IMG/VR virus record: IMGVR_UViG_3300000277_000007
Span: 1-38,284 of that record
Strand: one strand, 5' to 3'
Length of the DNA: 38,284 nucleotides
Origin: a virus
Shown here in pieces: positions 7,877 to 15,866 of this stretch. Each line of letters opens with the position of its first letter. Within the stretch, counting starts at the first letter, position 1. A program made the position numbers and the translations under genes. The notes under the pieces are model-generated. The model was not told where the DNA came from and ran no database searches. It saw only the letters and a list, made by a program, of their open reading frames with translations.

Positions 7877-8740
7877 ATGGGAGCAATCGCACAGCAGGCG
7901 CAAGGGCAGCAGTTGCAGCCGCTCAATCCGAAGGGCAAGCTCAAGCAGCTTGTGGAGCATTCGTGGCCGCAGATCGCGCGTGTCATCGGCGGCAACCTCG
8001 ACAGCGAGGCGCTGTTGCAGATGTGCATCAGCAGCATCAACCGCACACCCGCCTTGGCCGACTGCACGCCGGTCAGCGTCCTTTCCTGCTTCATGCAGTG
8101 CGCGGCACTTGGCTTGCGCCCATCCGACGTGGATGGATTGGGACAGGCGTACATCCTGCCCTATGGCAACAAGAACTATGCCACGGGGGAGAAGCAGGCC
8201 ACCTTCGTCATCGGCTACAAGGGCATGCTGAAACTGTTGGAGAACAGCGGCATCTACGCGCAGCCGAGAGCCGTCTACGAGGATGACAACATCAAGCTCA
8301 AGCTTGACGAAAATGGCGTGCCGACCATCGAATGCCCGGACGAGGTGAACGTGGACGCCGACCACAGCGAGGACAAGCTGAAATTCGTGTACCTCTCTGT
8401 CCAGCTGCCGAATGGCGGACGCTACGCCGACTACATGTCGAAACGCGACCTGCTCGAATACCGCGAGAAGTACGCGCCACGCAATCGCAGCCGTCAGATC
8501 ACCGGACCGTGGGTGAAGAATTTCGTGGAGATGGCGAAGAAGACCATCATCCGTCGCAGTTTCAAATATCTGCCGGTCAACATCGAGGCGAAGAAGGCCG
8601 CGAGCGTGGACGAGACCACACCGGATTACAGCGACGTGTTCCAGCCGGTAATCACCGATTCGACTGATGACGTGACCGCCGAAGTCATGGAAGCGGATAC
8701 GCCGGAGGATACAGAAGCCGACGTGAAGGAGGCTGAGTGA
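7877..8740 (+). CDS. recT: RecT-family ssDNA-annealing protein
   Basis: RecT-like core ([11 protein letters not shown] ... IGYKG), following the exonuclease gene. Confidence 0.75.
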   Translation: MGAIAQQAQGQQLQPLNPKGKLKQLVEHSWPQIARVIGGNLDSEALLQMCISSINRTPALADCTPVSVLSCFMQCAALGLRPSDVDGLGQAYILPYGNKNYATGEKQATFVIGYKGMLKLLENSGIYAQPRAVYEDDNIKLKLDENGVPTIECPDEVNVDADHSEDKLKFVYLSVQLPNGGRYADYMSKRDLLEYREKYAPRNRSRQITGPWVKNFVEMAKKTIIRRSFKYLPVNIEAKKAASVDETTPDYSDVFQPVITDSTDDVTAEVMEADTPEDTEADVKEAE

Positions 8741-9228
8741 TGGCCGGAGAAACCGTTATCACAATCGTCGGGAATCTGACCGCCGATCCGGAATTGCGCA
8801 CGACGTCCGCTGGCGCGCAGGTCGCGTCGTTCACGATCGCCAGCACGCCGCGCTCCTGGAACCGCAGCACGAACCAGTTCGAAGACGGTCAGGCTTTGTT
8901 CATGCGCTGCAGCGCGTGGCGCGACCTCGCCGAACATTGCGCGCAGAGCCTCGCGAAGGGCATGCGTGTGATCGCGCAGGGCCGTTTGCAGCAGCGTTCC
9001 TATCAGGCGAACGATGGTTCCCAGCGCACGGTCATCGAGTTGCAGGTGGATGAAATCGGCCCGTCCCTGCGGTATGCGACGGCTCAGGTGCAGAAGATGC
9101 AGTCAGGCGGATACCAGGGCGGCAACGCCAACGGTGGCGGCTATCAGCAGCCGCAGCAGGCACAACAGCAGTCGCAGGCTCCGGCCGATAATCCGTGGGG
9201 CGCTCCGGCTGGAGAGCCTGACTTCTGA
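8740..9228 (+). CDS. ssb: Single-stranded DNA-binding protein
   Basis: [16 protein letters not shown]-fold start. Gly/Gln-rich tail ending in DF. Confidence 0.85.
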   Translation: MAGETVITIVGNLTADPELRTTSAGAQVASFTIASTPRSWNRSTNQFEDGQALFMRCSAWRDLAEHCAQSLAKGMRVIAQGRLQQRSYQANDGSQRTVIELQVDEIGPSLRYATAQVQKMQSGGYQGGNANGGGYQQPQQAQQQSQAPADNPWGAPAGEPDF

Positions 9229-9395
9229 TGATGCGTGAGTGGATTGAGCCGCCGGACGTGCTGCCGGTATGTCCCAAACATGGGTGCGCGCTGTATCCGG
9301 CGCGCCCCATACCATGCCCCGAATGTGAGGCCGAAAGCGAAGACCATTACGCGGACATTGGCGATGCCGACATTTGGATTTTGGAGGACGAATGA
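9228..9395 (+). CDS. Small zinc-ribbon protein (55 aa)
   Basis: CPKHGC ... CPEC. Overlap coupling with ssb and the next gene. Confidence 0.4.
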   Translation: MMREWIEPPDVLPVCPKHGCALYPARPIPCPECEAESEDHYADIGDADIWILEDE

Positions 9396-9784
9396 CGCAG
9401 GAAACCACCATCGACGTGCTGAAGGCCTACTGGTGGACCCAGAACAAGCGTGGAGACTGGCGGGCGAAATACCGGCGCACCAGCGTCGTGAAAAGGCGCG
9501 CCTACCTCACCTACCGCAGTCTCATCAACAGCGGCAAACTCAAGCCGCCCACCAAATGGCCGGTGCACGTGACCGCCATCATCCACCCCTTGACACACGG
9601 ACGCTTCGACCCGGAGAACGCGGCGCCAATGGTCAAGGCCATCCTGGACGCGATCACCCAGTCAGGCTACTGGCCAGACGACAACGCCGACTATGTGATA
9701 GGCCCCGACTACCGGCTAGGCGAGCCAAGCACCGAAAAAGGCGTCTACCACATCACAATCCGAATCGAAGAAGAGGAGCACTGA
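9392..9784 (+). CDS. rusA: RusA-like Holliday junction resolvase
   Basis: FDPENAAPMVKAILDAITQSGYWPDDNADYVIG pattern (D.DN ... DAL ... DD). Confidence 0.65.
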   Translation: MTQETTIDVLKAYWWTQNKRGDWRAKYRRTSVVKRRAYLTYRSLINSGKLKPPTKWPVHVTAIIHPLTHGRFDPENAAPMVKAILDAITQSGYWPDDNADYVIGPDYRLGEPSTEKGVYHITIRIEEEEH

Positions 9785-9785
9785 C

Positions 9786-10022
9786 ATGGCTACGAACGTG
9801 ACCGAGAAAGACAAGACGCTCAACGAGATCATCGACTGGGCGAAAAGTCGCAGTCATGAAGCCGCACTTTCCAGATTCGACGTTCGCAGAAAGAGCGACC
9901 GAGACTTCTATGACGGCCAAGTTAACGCATTCCATGAAATGCTAGAGCTTTGCCGTTCCATGCTCGGCTATTCCGGCTCCATGCCGTCCGAGGTGCCGAA
10001 TCAAAGCGAGGATGCGAAATGA
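9786..10022 (+). CDS. Hypothetical protein
   Basis: ORF track. Confidence 0.45.
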   Translation: MATNVTEKDKTLNEIIDWAKSRSHEAALSRFDVRRKSDRDFYDGQVNAFHEMLELCRSMLGYSGSMPSEVPNQSEDAK

Positions 10023-10336
10023 GCATCGCTGATGATGAAGCTGAGAAGGTGTATCCGACCCGCTACTGGAATGGAACGCATGTCAAGGAACAGTTTTACT
10101 GCGACACGGACGATTTGCAGGAAGCATACCTGCGTGGCCGCAACGCGCCACCGGCTGACGCCGAAGTGGAGGCCGTGGCGAAGAAACTGTTGTGGTGGGA
10201 CATGGCACCAGCCTGGGAAGACGTCATGCCAAGTGAGGACTGCTTCTGGACTCTGGCCGAGCCGGAGATGCGCGCCAATTACATCAGGGACGCTCGGATA
10301 ATGCTCGAAATCGCACGGAAGGCGGTAACCGAATGA
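10019..10336 (+). CDS. Hypothetical protein
   Basis: ATGA coupling; lies within the frame of ORF 9950..10336. Confidence 0.45.
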   Translation: MSIADDEAEKVYPTRYWNGTHVKEQFYCDTDDLQEAYLRGRNAPPADAEVEAVAKKLLWWDMAPAWEDVMPSEDCFWTLAEPEMRANYIRDARIMLEIARKAVTE

Positions 10337-10545
10337 GCATCGACGACTGGATTGGAAATATCGGCGTCACCGTCTTTGCAATGTTCTGTGCCTTATTCAT
10401 CTACTACATCGGCTATGCCGGCTGGGCGGAAGATGCGGCTGACACCATCATCATCCGTGATGCCGGCCAATCATACGCATGTCAGACCAGCAGAAGCTCA
10501 CCAGCGCCACACAACTGCAAACCGGTCAAGGAGAAACGATCATGA
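10333..10545 (+). CDS. Small membrane protein
   Basis: IGNIGVTVFAMFCALFIYYIGYAGW. Confidence 0.4.
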   Translation: MSIDDWIGNIGVTVFAMFCALFIYYIGYAGWAEDAADTIIIRDAGQSYACQTSRSSPAPHNCKPVKEKRS

Positions 10546-10670
10546 CCATCAGATACGTGGAATGCGCCCACTGCGGAGAGGTTGTCGGCACATATTACGT
10601 GACCTGCCCGTATTGCGGCTACAAGCTGGTGGACGCCATGCAGTCCATCGGCGAGGCATTGCCATGGTGA
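10542..10670 (+). CDS. Small zinc-ribbon protein (42 aa)
   Basis: AAGGAGAAACGATC before the ATG. CAHCGEV ... CPYCGYK. Confidence 0.45.
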   Translation: MTIRYVECAHCGEVVGTYYVTCPYCGYKLVDAMQSIGEALPW

Positions 10671-10843
10671 TGCTCGACCCGCCACCGGACTTGGTGGAGA
10701 TCGCGGAAGCATTGGACATCATGGCCAAGCCGCACGTCGGCAGCGGTTGGGCGAACCTCAACTTCGACGGCCTGCCTTGCACAACGCCACGGCAGGAGGC
10801 CATCTGGATGGAACATAACGGAATCACAAGAGGGGAGGAATGA
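10664..10843 (+). CDS. Hypothetical protein (59 aa)
   Basis: In-frame ATG after the previous stop. ORF 10352..10843 looks like an over-extended frame. Confidence 0.35.
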   Translation: MVMLDPPPDLVEIAEALDIMAKPHVGSGWANLNFDGLPCTTPRQEAIWMEHNGITRGEE

Positions 10844-10846
10844 GCG

Positions 10847-11344
10847 ATGGGCTATTTCCAGATTCCAGTCTCTTGGTATCGGGACGAAACGATGCTGAAC
10901 CTCATGGACAAGAACCCCGCATCCATAGGCATTTACGTGATGATGATCTCTTGGTGCTCAGACAACAAAAGCTACGGAGACATACCATACGTAGACTTCC
11001 GATATGTCCTCGATGGTGAAGATGAAGAGCTTCAGGCGCTCATAGATGCAGGACTCATCACGAAGACCGACAAGATTCGTCTGCGCGAACCCGTCTACCA
11101 CATCAAAAGCTTCAGACGCTTCGACCCGCGATCAAGGGAGCCGATCAGCAAGAAGCTTCGCAAGGCCGTGTATGAGCGTGACCATTACCGTTGCGTCGAA
11201 TGTGGAGCCACCGATCATCTGAGCCTTGACCACATCATCCCGTGGAGTCTTGGCGGCGAGGACACCATGGAGAATCTTCAGACCATGTGCCGTTCATGCA
11301 ATTCAAGGAAGGGGGACAGGGGCGATGTGGTTCAAGGTGGATGA
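10847..11344 (+). CDS. HNH endonuclease
   Basis: HYRCVECG ... LSLDHIIPWSLGGEDTMENLQTMCRSCNSRKGDR. Confidence 0.8.
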   Translation: MGYFQIPVSWYRDETMLNLMDKNPASIGIYVMMISWCSDNKSYGDIPYVDFRYVLDGEDEELQALIDAGLITKTDKIRLREPVYHIKSFRRFDPRSREPISKKLRKAVYERDHYRCVECGATDHLSLDHIIPWSLGGEDTMENLQTMCRSCNSRKGDRGDVVQGG

Positions 11345-12119
11345 TTCGTTCTTCTCGAACCCGAAGACCGCCATGCTGTCGGACGGGGCTACCGCATTGT
11401 GGCTCCGTTCCGGCTCATGGTCGGCACAGCAGTTGACTGGCGGGTTCGTGCCAGCTCGCATGGTGCCGATGTTCCGTGGCTCCGATGATTCCGTGCGCGA
11501 ACTGTGCGATGTCGGATTGTGGGAGCGTGACGATGAACGGGATGGCTATTGGTTCCACGATTGGAGCGACTATCAGCCGGACGGGGAGGAAGTGGACGCT
11601 CTGCGCCGGAAGCGGAGCGAAGCGGGCAAGAGGGGCGCGGACCGTCGGTGGAAACGGAAAACCGTTGACGAAAATGGCAAAAATGGCAAAACCGATGGCA
11701 AGTCGATGGCAAACTCATGCCCCGTTCCCGTACCCGTACCCGATAAGAAAGATGAAGAAGAATATTCTTCTTCTTCATCCAAAGAAATCGGGGTAAGCGA
11801 CTTCGAGCTGGTCAGGGAGAAAGCCCACGCCAATGCCGCCATAATCCGCGATTACCCGAATCTCGACCTGTCGGACGCGTGGAATGCCTTCGCCTCTCGC
11901 CACTACGGCGAAACCCGAACCGTCAACGACTGGTGCCGCCAATGGAAAGGCTGGTGCCAGCGCAGAGCCAAAATGAGCGGCATACCACCGTCGAAACGAC
12001 ACGTGCACACATGGCAGTGCGAACACGTGCTACAGGCGCTCGGACGAAACAAGGAAACCGCCACACCAGACCAACGAGCCTGCCGGATGGCGAAACAACT
12101 CAACAAGGAGAAATCATGA
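11325..12119 (+). CDS. Putative replication/origin-binding protein (lambda O-like arrangement with internal iterons)
   Basis: Start MWFKVDDSFF. The gene contains 4x ATGGCAA iterons plus an AT-rich palindrome internally. Function is inferred from that arrangement only. Confidence 0.45.
   Translation: MWFKVDDSFFSNPKTAMLSDGATALWLRSGSWSAQQLTGGFVPARMVPMFRGSDDSVRELCDVGLWERDDERDGYWFHDWSDYQPDGEEVDALRRKRSEAGKRGADRRWKRKTVDENGKNGKTDGKSMANSCPVPVPVPDKKDEEEYSSSSSKEIGVSDFELVREKAHANAAIIRDYPNLDLSDAWNAFASRHYGETRTVNDWCRQWKGWCQRRAKMSGIPPSKRHVHTWQCEHVLQALGRNKETATPDQRACRMAKQLNKEKS
11671..11780. promoter_or_regulatory. ori-like segment: four ATGGCAA iterons at 9-12 bp spacing, a CCCGT(T/A) hexamer run, and the AT-rich palindrome GATGAAGAAGAATATTCTTCTTCTTCATC
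   Basis: Read directly; embedded in the CDS above. Confidence 0.5.
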
Positions 12120-12274
12120 AACACGACGAACCGGAAACCATGTACAGCCGTGAATGGTTGGAACACGAACGCCGCAAGGCATGGCAGGAAGGTTACGCAG
12201 CCGGGTGGAAAGACCAGGAATGCGACTTCCCGCCACACACAAGCGAAAACCCATATCTGGAGGGCACCAAATGA
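12116..12274 (+). CDS. Small hypothetical protein (52 aa)
   Basis: AAGGAG RBS; ATGA coupling. Confidence 0.4.
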   Translation: MKHDEPETMYSREWLEHERRKAWQEGYAAGWKDQECDFPPHTSENPYLEGTK

Positions 12275-12414
12275 AGAAAATCCTTGAGGAAATGATCCTG
12301 AAATGGCATGAGGACGGTATCACCCTGGAAGAAACCACCAGACTCGTACCGCAAGTGCCAAAAGCCGAAATCGAAGCCATAATCCAGCAGCATGATAAGG
12401 AGGCCCGACTTTGA
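12271..12414 (+). CDS. Small hypothetical protein (47 aa)
   Basis: ATGA coupling. Confidence 0.35.
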   Translation: MKKILEEMILKWHEDGITLEETTRLVPQVPKAEIEAIIQQHDKEARL

Positions 12415-13166
12415 CCGACTGCCAGCACTGCCACAAGCCCATGAAAACGGCGGCGACGAACATGCTCTGCGCAAACTGCCGTGAAGACTACTGGACGCTG
12501 ATCCGCCAGCTCGGACACGTCCAACTGCCCACCCTGCGCAGCATTATGCTCCGCCAGGCGCACATCGGCCCCACAGGCCACACGCCGAACAAAGGCAACG
12601 CGCCACTGCCCATCGACACCCGCGCACAAGACCTCATCAGCGAATCAGAAGCATGGCTCGCCGAACAAGCAGGCAAAATCAGGACGCAATACGGCAACCT
12701 GCCATGGGACAAGGCATGGCAGCGCATCATCGCCAACAAACACACCATATTGACGATGAGCACCGCAGCCGACGACTACACCAGCCTGCAACACATCATC
12801 CGACGCAACGAACAAGCGTTGACACCGGAAGAAGCCATGGTCATCATCGGCACCTGCCCAAAATGCGGCCACCAAGCCGCCAGCACGCCACAAGCCGAAA
12901 CATGGACATGCCCAGACTGCAAATGGCAAGGCGGAGTCCAAGCCATCAAAGCCGAACGCGACAACAAACTCTGGCAGCTCGAATACACCGGAAAACCAGT
13001 CGAAGTAGCACGCTACCTCGCCAAAATGGACATCCACTGCACCAGCGACCAGATCCGCCAATGGCTCAAACGCGGCAAACTGTCGCACGCCACGCCGACG
13101 GAACACAAGCGGCAGTACACGTTCAACCTCGGAGAAATAACCGCCATGCTTGACTGTCACAATTAA
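12411..13166 (+). CDS. Zinc-ribbon-containing protein (two CxxC pairs at each of two sites); candidate regulator at the early/late boundary
   Basis: CQHC ... CANC and CPKCGH ... CPDC. TTG start overlaps the previous stop; first ATG is at 12441. Confidence 0.5.
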   Translation: MTDCQHCHKPMKTAATNMLCANCREDYWTLIRQLGHVQLPTLRSIMLRQAHIGPTGHTPNKGNAPLPIDTRAQDLISESEAWLAEQAGKIRTQYGNLPWDKAWQRIIANKHTILTMSTAADDYTSLQHIIRRNEQALTPEEAMVIIGTCPKCGHQAASTPQAETWTCPDCKWQGGVQAIKAERDNKLWQLEYTGKPVEVARYLAKMDIHCTSDQIRQWLKRGKLSHATPTEHKRQYTFNLGEITAMLDCHN

Positions 13167-13234
13167 AATGCTATACTGTCGTATGTTCGTAGAATGGTTC
13201 AGCCGGAAAATGGTTGGACCATTTTTCATATCCA

Positions 13235-13394
13235 GCTTCGGTAGCTCAGTGGCAGAGCACAAGGGATAGCACAGATACCTAGGACGGATACCTTACCGGC
13301 CATGGCTTCCTACTTCTTTAAATCGAATGCCCGTGATGATAAAAAGACAGTGCACCCCACACAAGCGCTGGTTCGACTCCAGCCCGAAGCACCA
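13235..13394 (+). tRNA. Atypical 160-nt tRNA-like element: canonical acceptor stem (GCTTCGG/CCGAAGC), D-arm (GCTC-AGTGGCA-GAGC), T-arm (GCTGG-TTCGACT-CCAGC) and an encoded ACCA, but about 107 nt with no recognisable anticodon arm in between
   Basis: All four structural elements were read and the base-pairing checked by hand. 17 nt would be expected between the D-arm and T-arm regions. Confidence 0.5.
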
Positions 13395-13409
13395 CAAGGC
13401 GGTGATCGT

Positions 13410-13718
13410 ATGCCAGGAAGAGCACGCAAGACAAGCCGCCAATTCGAGAAAGACAAAGCAACATTCTTCGCACAGTGCAAGGCACAGCATGCAGTCTGCT
13501 GGCTCTGCGGCATGCCGATAGATTATTCAGCACCGAAGAACACAAGCGATGACAGCTTCAACCTCGACCACCTCTACCCAGTCTCGAAGCACCCCGAACT
13601 CCAATTCGACCCGGCAGGCTTCAAACCAAGCCACACCAGCTGCAACCGATTGCGCGGCAACCAAGACCCGCCAGCACCAATCGGAACACTCTCAAGACAA
13701 TGGATAACAACAGCATGA
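13410..13718 (+). CDS. HNH endonuclease (packaging-associated, upstream of the terminase genes)
   Basis: CWLCGMPIDY ... NLDHLYPVSKHPEL ... HTSCNRLRGN. ATG 13410 follows GGCGGTGA. Confidence 0.75.
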   Translation: MPGRARKTSRQFEKDKATFFAQCKAQHAVCWLCGMPIDYSAPKNTSDDSFNLDHLYPVSKHPELQFDPAGFKPSHTSCNRLRGNQDPPAPIGTLSRQWITTA

Positions 13719-13844
13719 GCCCAACACGAGGGGTAGGGGCGGTGAAATCGTAAAAACAGCGAAAGGGTGCAAGACGTCCCGCGTGGTTGCTCTTCCTCTC
13801 CCCGATGATGTTTTTGTTGATGGGTCGCGCGCGAAGGAGGCTCT

Positions 13845-14207
13845 ATGACGGTTAAGAAGGGTGTTTCCGAGCGTCGTTTTCCGCATGAGTCCGTGGCTGA
13901 TGCGTTGGAGAGGTCTTTGCGGAATGCGAAGTCGTTGCGTGCGGAGAATGCGGCTGTCGTGGCTGCTGCGCGTATTCTCGCTGCTCGGATTGATTCGGTT
14001 TGCGAGACTGGTTTCATCGATGAGAATGGGAAATTGGACAATGTGTCGGTTCCGACGTTTTTGAAATACTGCCAGTCGCTTGGTTTGACGTTGGTGGAGC
14101 CTGCCAAGGTTGGGCGCCCTGCGAAGCCGAAGGCCGAGGCGAAGCAGGAGAAGCCGAAGAGCGACAAGGTCGTGCAGATGGCAGATTTCATGAAGCGTTT
14201 CGGCTAG
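13845..14207 (+). CDS. Terminase small subunit (by position and size)
   Basis: 120-aa basic/helical protein directly upstream of TerL. Confidence 0.55.
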   Translation: MTVKKGVSERRFPHESVADALERSLRNAKSLRAENAAVVAAARILAARIDSVCETGFIDENGKLDNVSVPTFLKYCQSLGLTLVEPAKVGRPAKPKAEAKQEKPKSDKVVQMADFMKRFG

Positions 14208-14220
14208 GAGGCGGTGTCCG

Positions 14221-15840
14221 ATGGCGGCGGAGAATCTCACGGTTTTCGGTGCCATCGACGATGAGAGGCATGGCGTGACCTTGCCGCGTATCTTCACGCC
14301 GCCGCTCAGGCCGTTGACCAAGGAGACCTCGAATGGTTTCGCGGTGATCGCGTTCGCGGAGATCATGCTGCACGTCCACCTTTACCCGTGGCAACAATGG
14401 CTTTTAGTGCATGCGCTCGAACTGCTTGATGATGGCAGCTATCGCTTCCGCAAGGTCATCGTGCTTGTGGCCCGCCAGAACGGTAAGACAACGCTTATGG
14501 GCGTTTTGGCCGCATGGTGGCTGTTCGTGGACTCCAACAAGCATCCCGACCGCGTGCCGCCGGTGAAGTTTCTCGTGGTCGGTGCGGCGCAGACGTTGGA
14601 CAATGCGAAAGGCCCTTACAATCAGGTCAAGGAGTGGTGCAATCCTCAGCCTTCTACCGATGAGGAAGCGGATCTGGTGATTCCGGATCTCGCCGCGATG
14701 ACGCAGAAATTCGTGAATACGAACGGCGAGGAAGCGATCATCACCCGCTCGAAGGCGCGGTATATCGTCCGTGCCGACAAGAACATTCGAGCCAAGTCGG
14801 CGGCCCGTGTCGTGTTCGACGAGCTGCGTGAGCAGCATACGGACGATGGGTGGAATGCCGTGTCGCAGACCACGAAGGCCGTCTGGTCGAGCCAATTATG
14901 GGGCATTTCCAACGCTGGCGATTATAGGTCTGTGGCGTTGCGCAAGCAGGTGGACAAGGGCCGCAAGCTTGTTGACGAGTGGACGCGCCTGAGCGCCGAC
15001 GGTGGCAATCCGGCCGACGTGTTCATGTCCGGCGAGCAGGATGGATCGTTCGGCTATTTCGAGTGGAGCGCTCCGGACAAGTGTCCGGTGGATGATGCCG
15101 CCGCTATTCGCCAGGCGAATCCGTCGCTCGGCTATGGGCCGATGACCGTCATGAGCGTCAGATCCGATATCGACGGCATGACCGAGGCCGCATTCCGCAC
15201 CGAAGTCCTGTGTCAGTGGGTCACGGCTGACATCATTCCTTTCATCAACCCGAAAATGTGGGCCAGCGGCATCGACTCGCGTTCCACGATTCCTGACGGT
15301 AATCGCGTCGTGCTGTCCGTGGACACGAGCGCGGACAGGAAGACCACGTATGTGGCCGCAGCTGGAATGCGTGCGGACGGTTTGCCGCATGTGGAGTTGA
15401 TCGCTCGCCGTGACGGCATGCTGTGGGTGCCGCATTATCTCGACCTGCTCCAGGAGCGTTGGCCGCATATCACGGAGATAGCCGTGCAGGGCAAAGGCTG
15501 TCCGGCAGTGGACTTCATCGACCCGCTCACCGAAAAAGGGTGGAACGTCCATCTCATCGAAGGCTTTCGTTTGGGCGCGTGTTGCGGCCGCTTCCTGGAC
15601 CGTGTGCGCGAGGGCAAACTACGGCATCTTCCGCAGCCCGCCATCGAACAGCAGGTTTCCGTGGCCGTGTCACGGCGTCTTGGCGAGGTCGAGGTGTGGG
15701 ACCGCACCAAGTCCGCATTGCAGATTTCCGGCTTGGTGGCCGAATCGCAGGCATTGTACGCCTTGGAGACCATGCAGGCCGTGGATGTCGAACCGGCGAA
15801 GGCTTCCGCCTATTCGGGGCATGGATTGATGATTCTTTGA
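14221..15840 (+). CDS. Terminase large subunit
   Basis: Walker A VARQNGKTT, followed by a nuclease domain. Confidence 0.85.
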   Translation: MAAENLTVFGAIDDERHGVTLPRIFTPPLRPLTKETSNGFAVIAFAEIMLHVHLYPWQQWLLVHALELLDDGSYRFRKVIVLVARQNGKTTLMGVLAAWWLFVDSNKHPDRVPPVKFLVVGAAQTLDNAKGPYNQVKEWCNPQPSTDEEADLVIPDLAAMTQKFVNTNGEEAIITRSKARYIVRADKNIRAKSAARVVFDELREQHTDDGWNAVSQTTKAVWSSQLWGISNAGDYRSVALRKQVDKGRKLVDEWTRLSADGGNPADVFMSGEQDGSFGYFEWSAPDKCPVDDAAAIRQANPSLGYGPMTVMSVRSDIDGMTEAAFRTEVLCQWVTADIIPFINPKMWASGIDSRSTIPDGNRVVLSVDTSADRKTTYVAAAGMRADGLPHVELIARRDGMLWVPHYLDLLQERWPHITEIAVQGKGCPAVDFIDPLTEKGWNVHLIEGFRLGACCGRFLDRVREGKLRHLPQPAIEQQVSVAVSRRLGEVEVWDRTKSALQISGLVAESQALYALETMQAVDVEPAKASAYSGHGLMIL

Positions 15841-15866
15841 TTTTTTGAAGCGATTGGAGGTGCCTT

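Noticed and set aside
6866-8365. 499-aa minus-strand ORF antisense to the yqaJ/recT genes
   Set aside because: Typical high-GC antisense artefact: low-complexity R/A/G/L-rich translation, no RBS, fully overlapped by well-supported plus-strand genes
8737-8739. GTG start for ssb given by the ORF track
   Set aside because: An ATG at 8740 overlapping the recT stop is preferred; the difference is one codon
10352-10843. 163-aa plus-strand ORF spanning several small genes
   Set aside because: Runs in a different frame through better-supported short ATGA-coupled genes (Zn-ribbon 10542-10670 with RBS); only its last 59 codons (from ATG 10664) are taken as a gene
11226-11324. N-terminal extension of the replication-protein ORF overlapping the HNH gene
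   Set aside because: The extension overlaps the HNH CDS in another frame; the in-frame ATG at 11325 (MWFKVDD) just before the HNH stop is the plausible start
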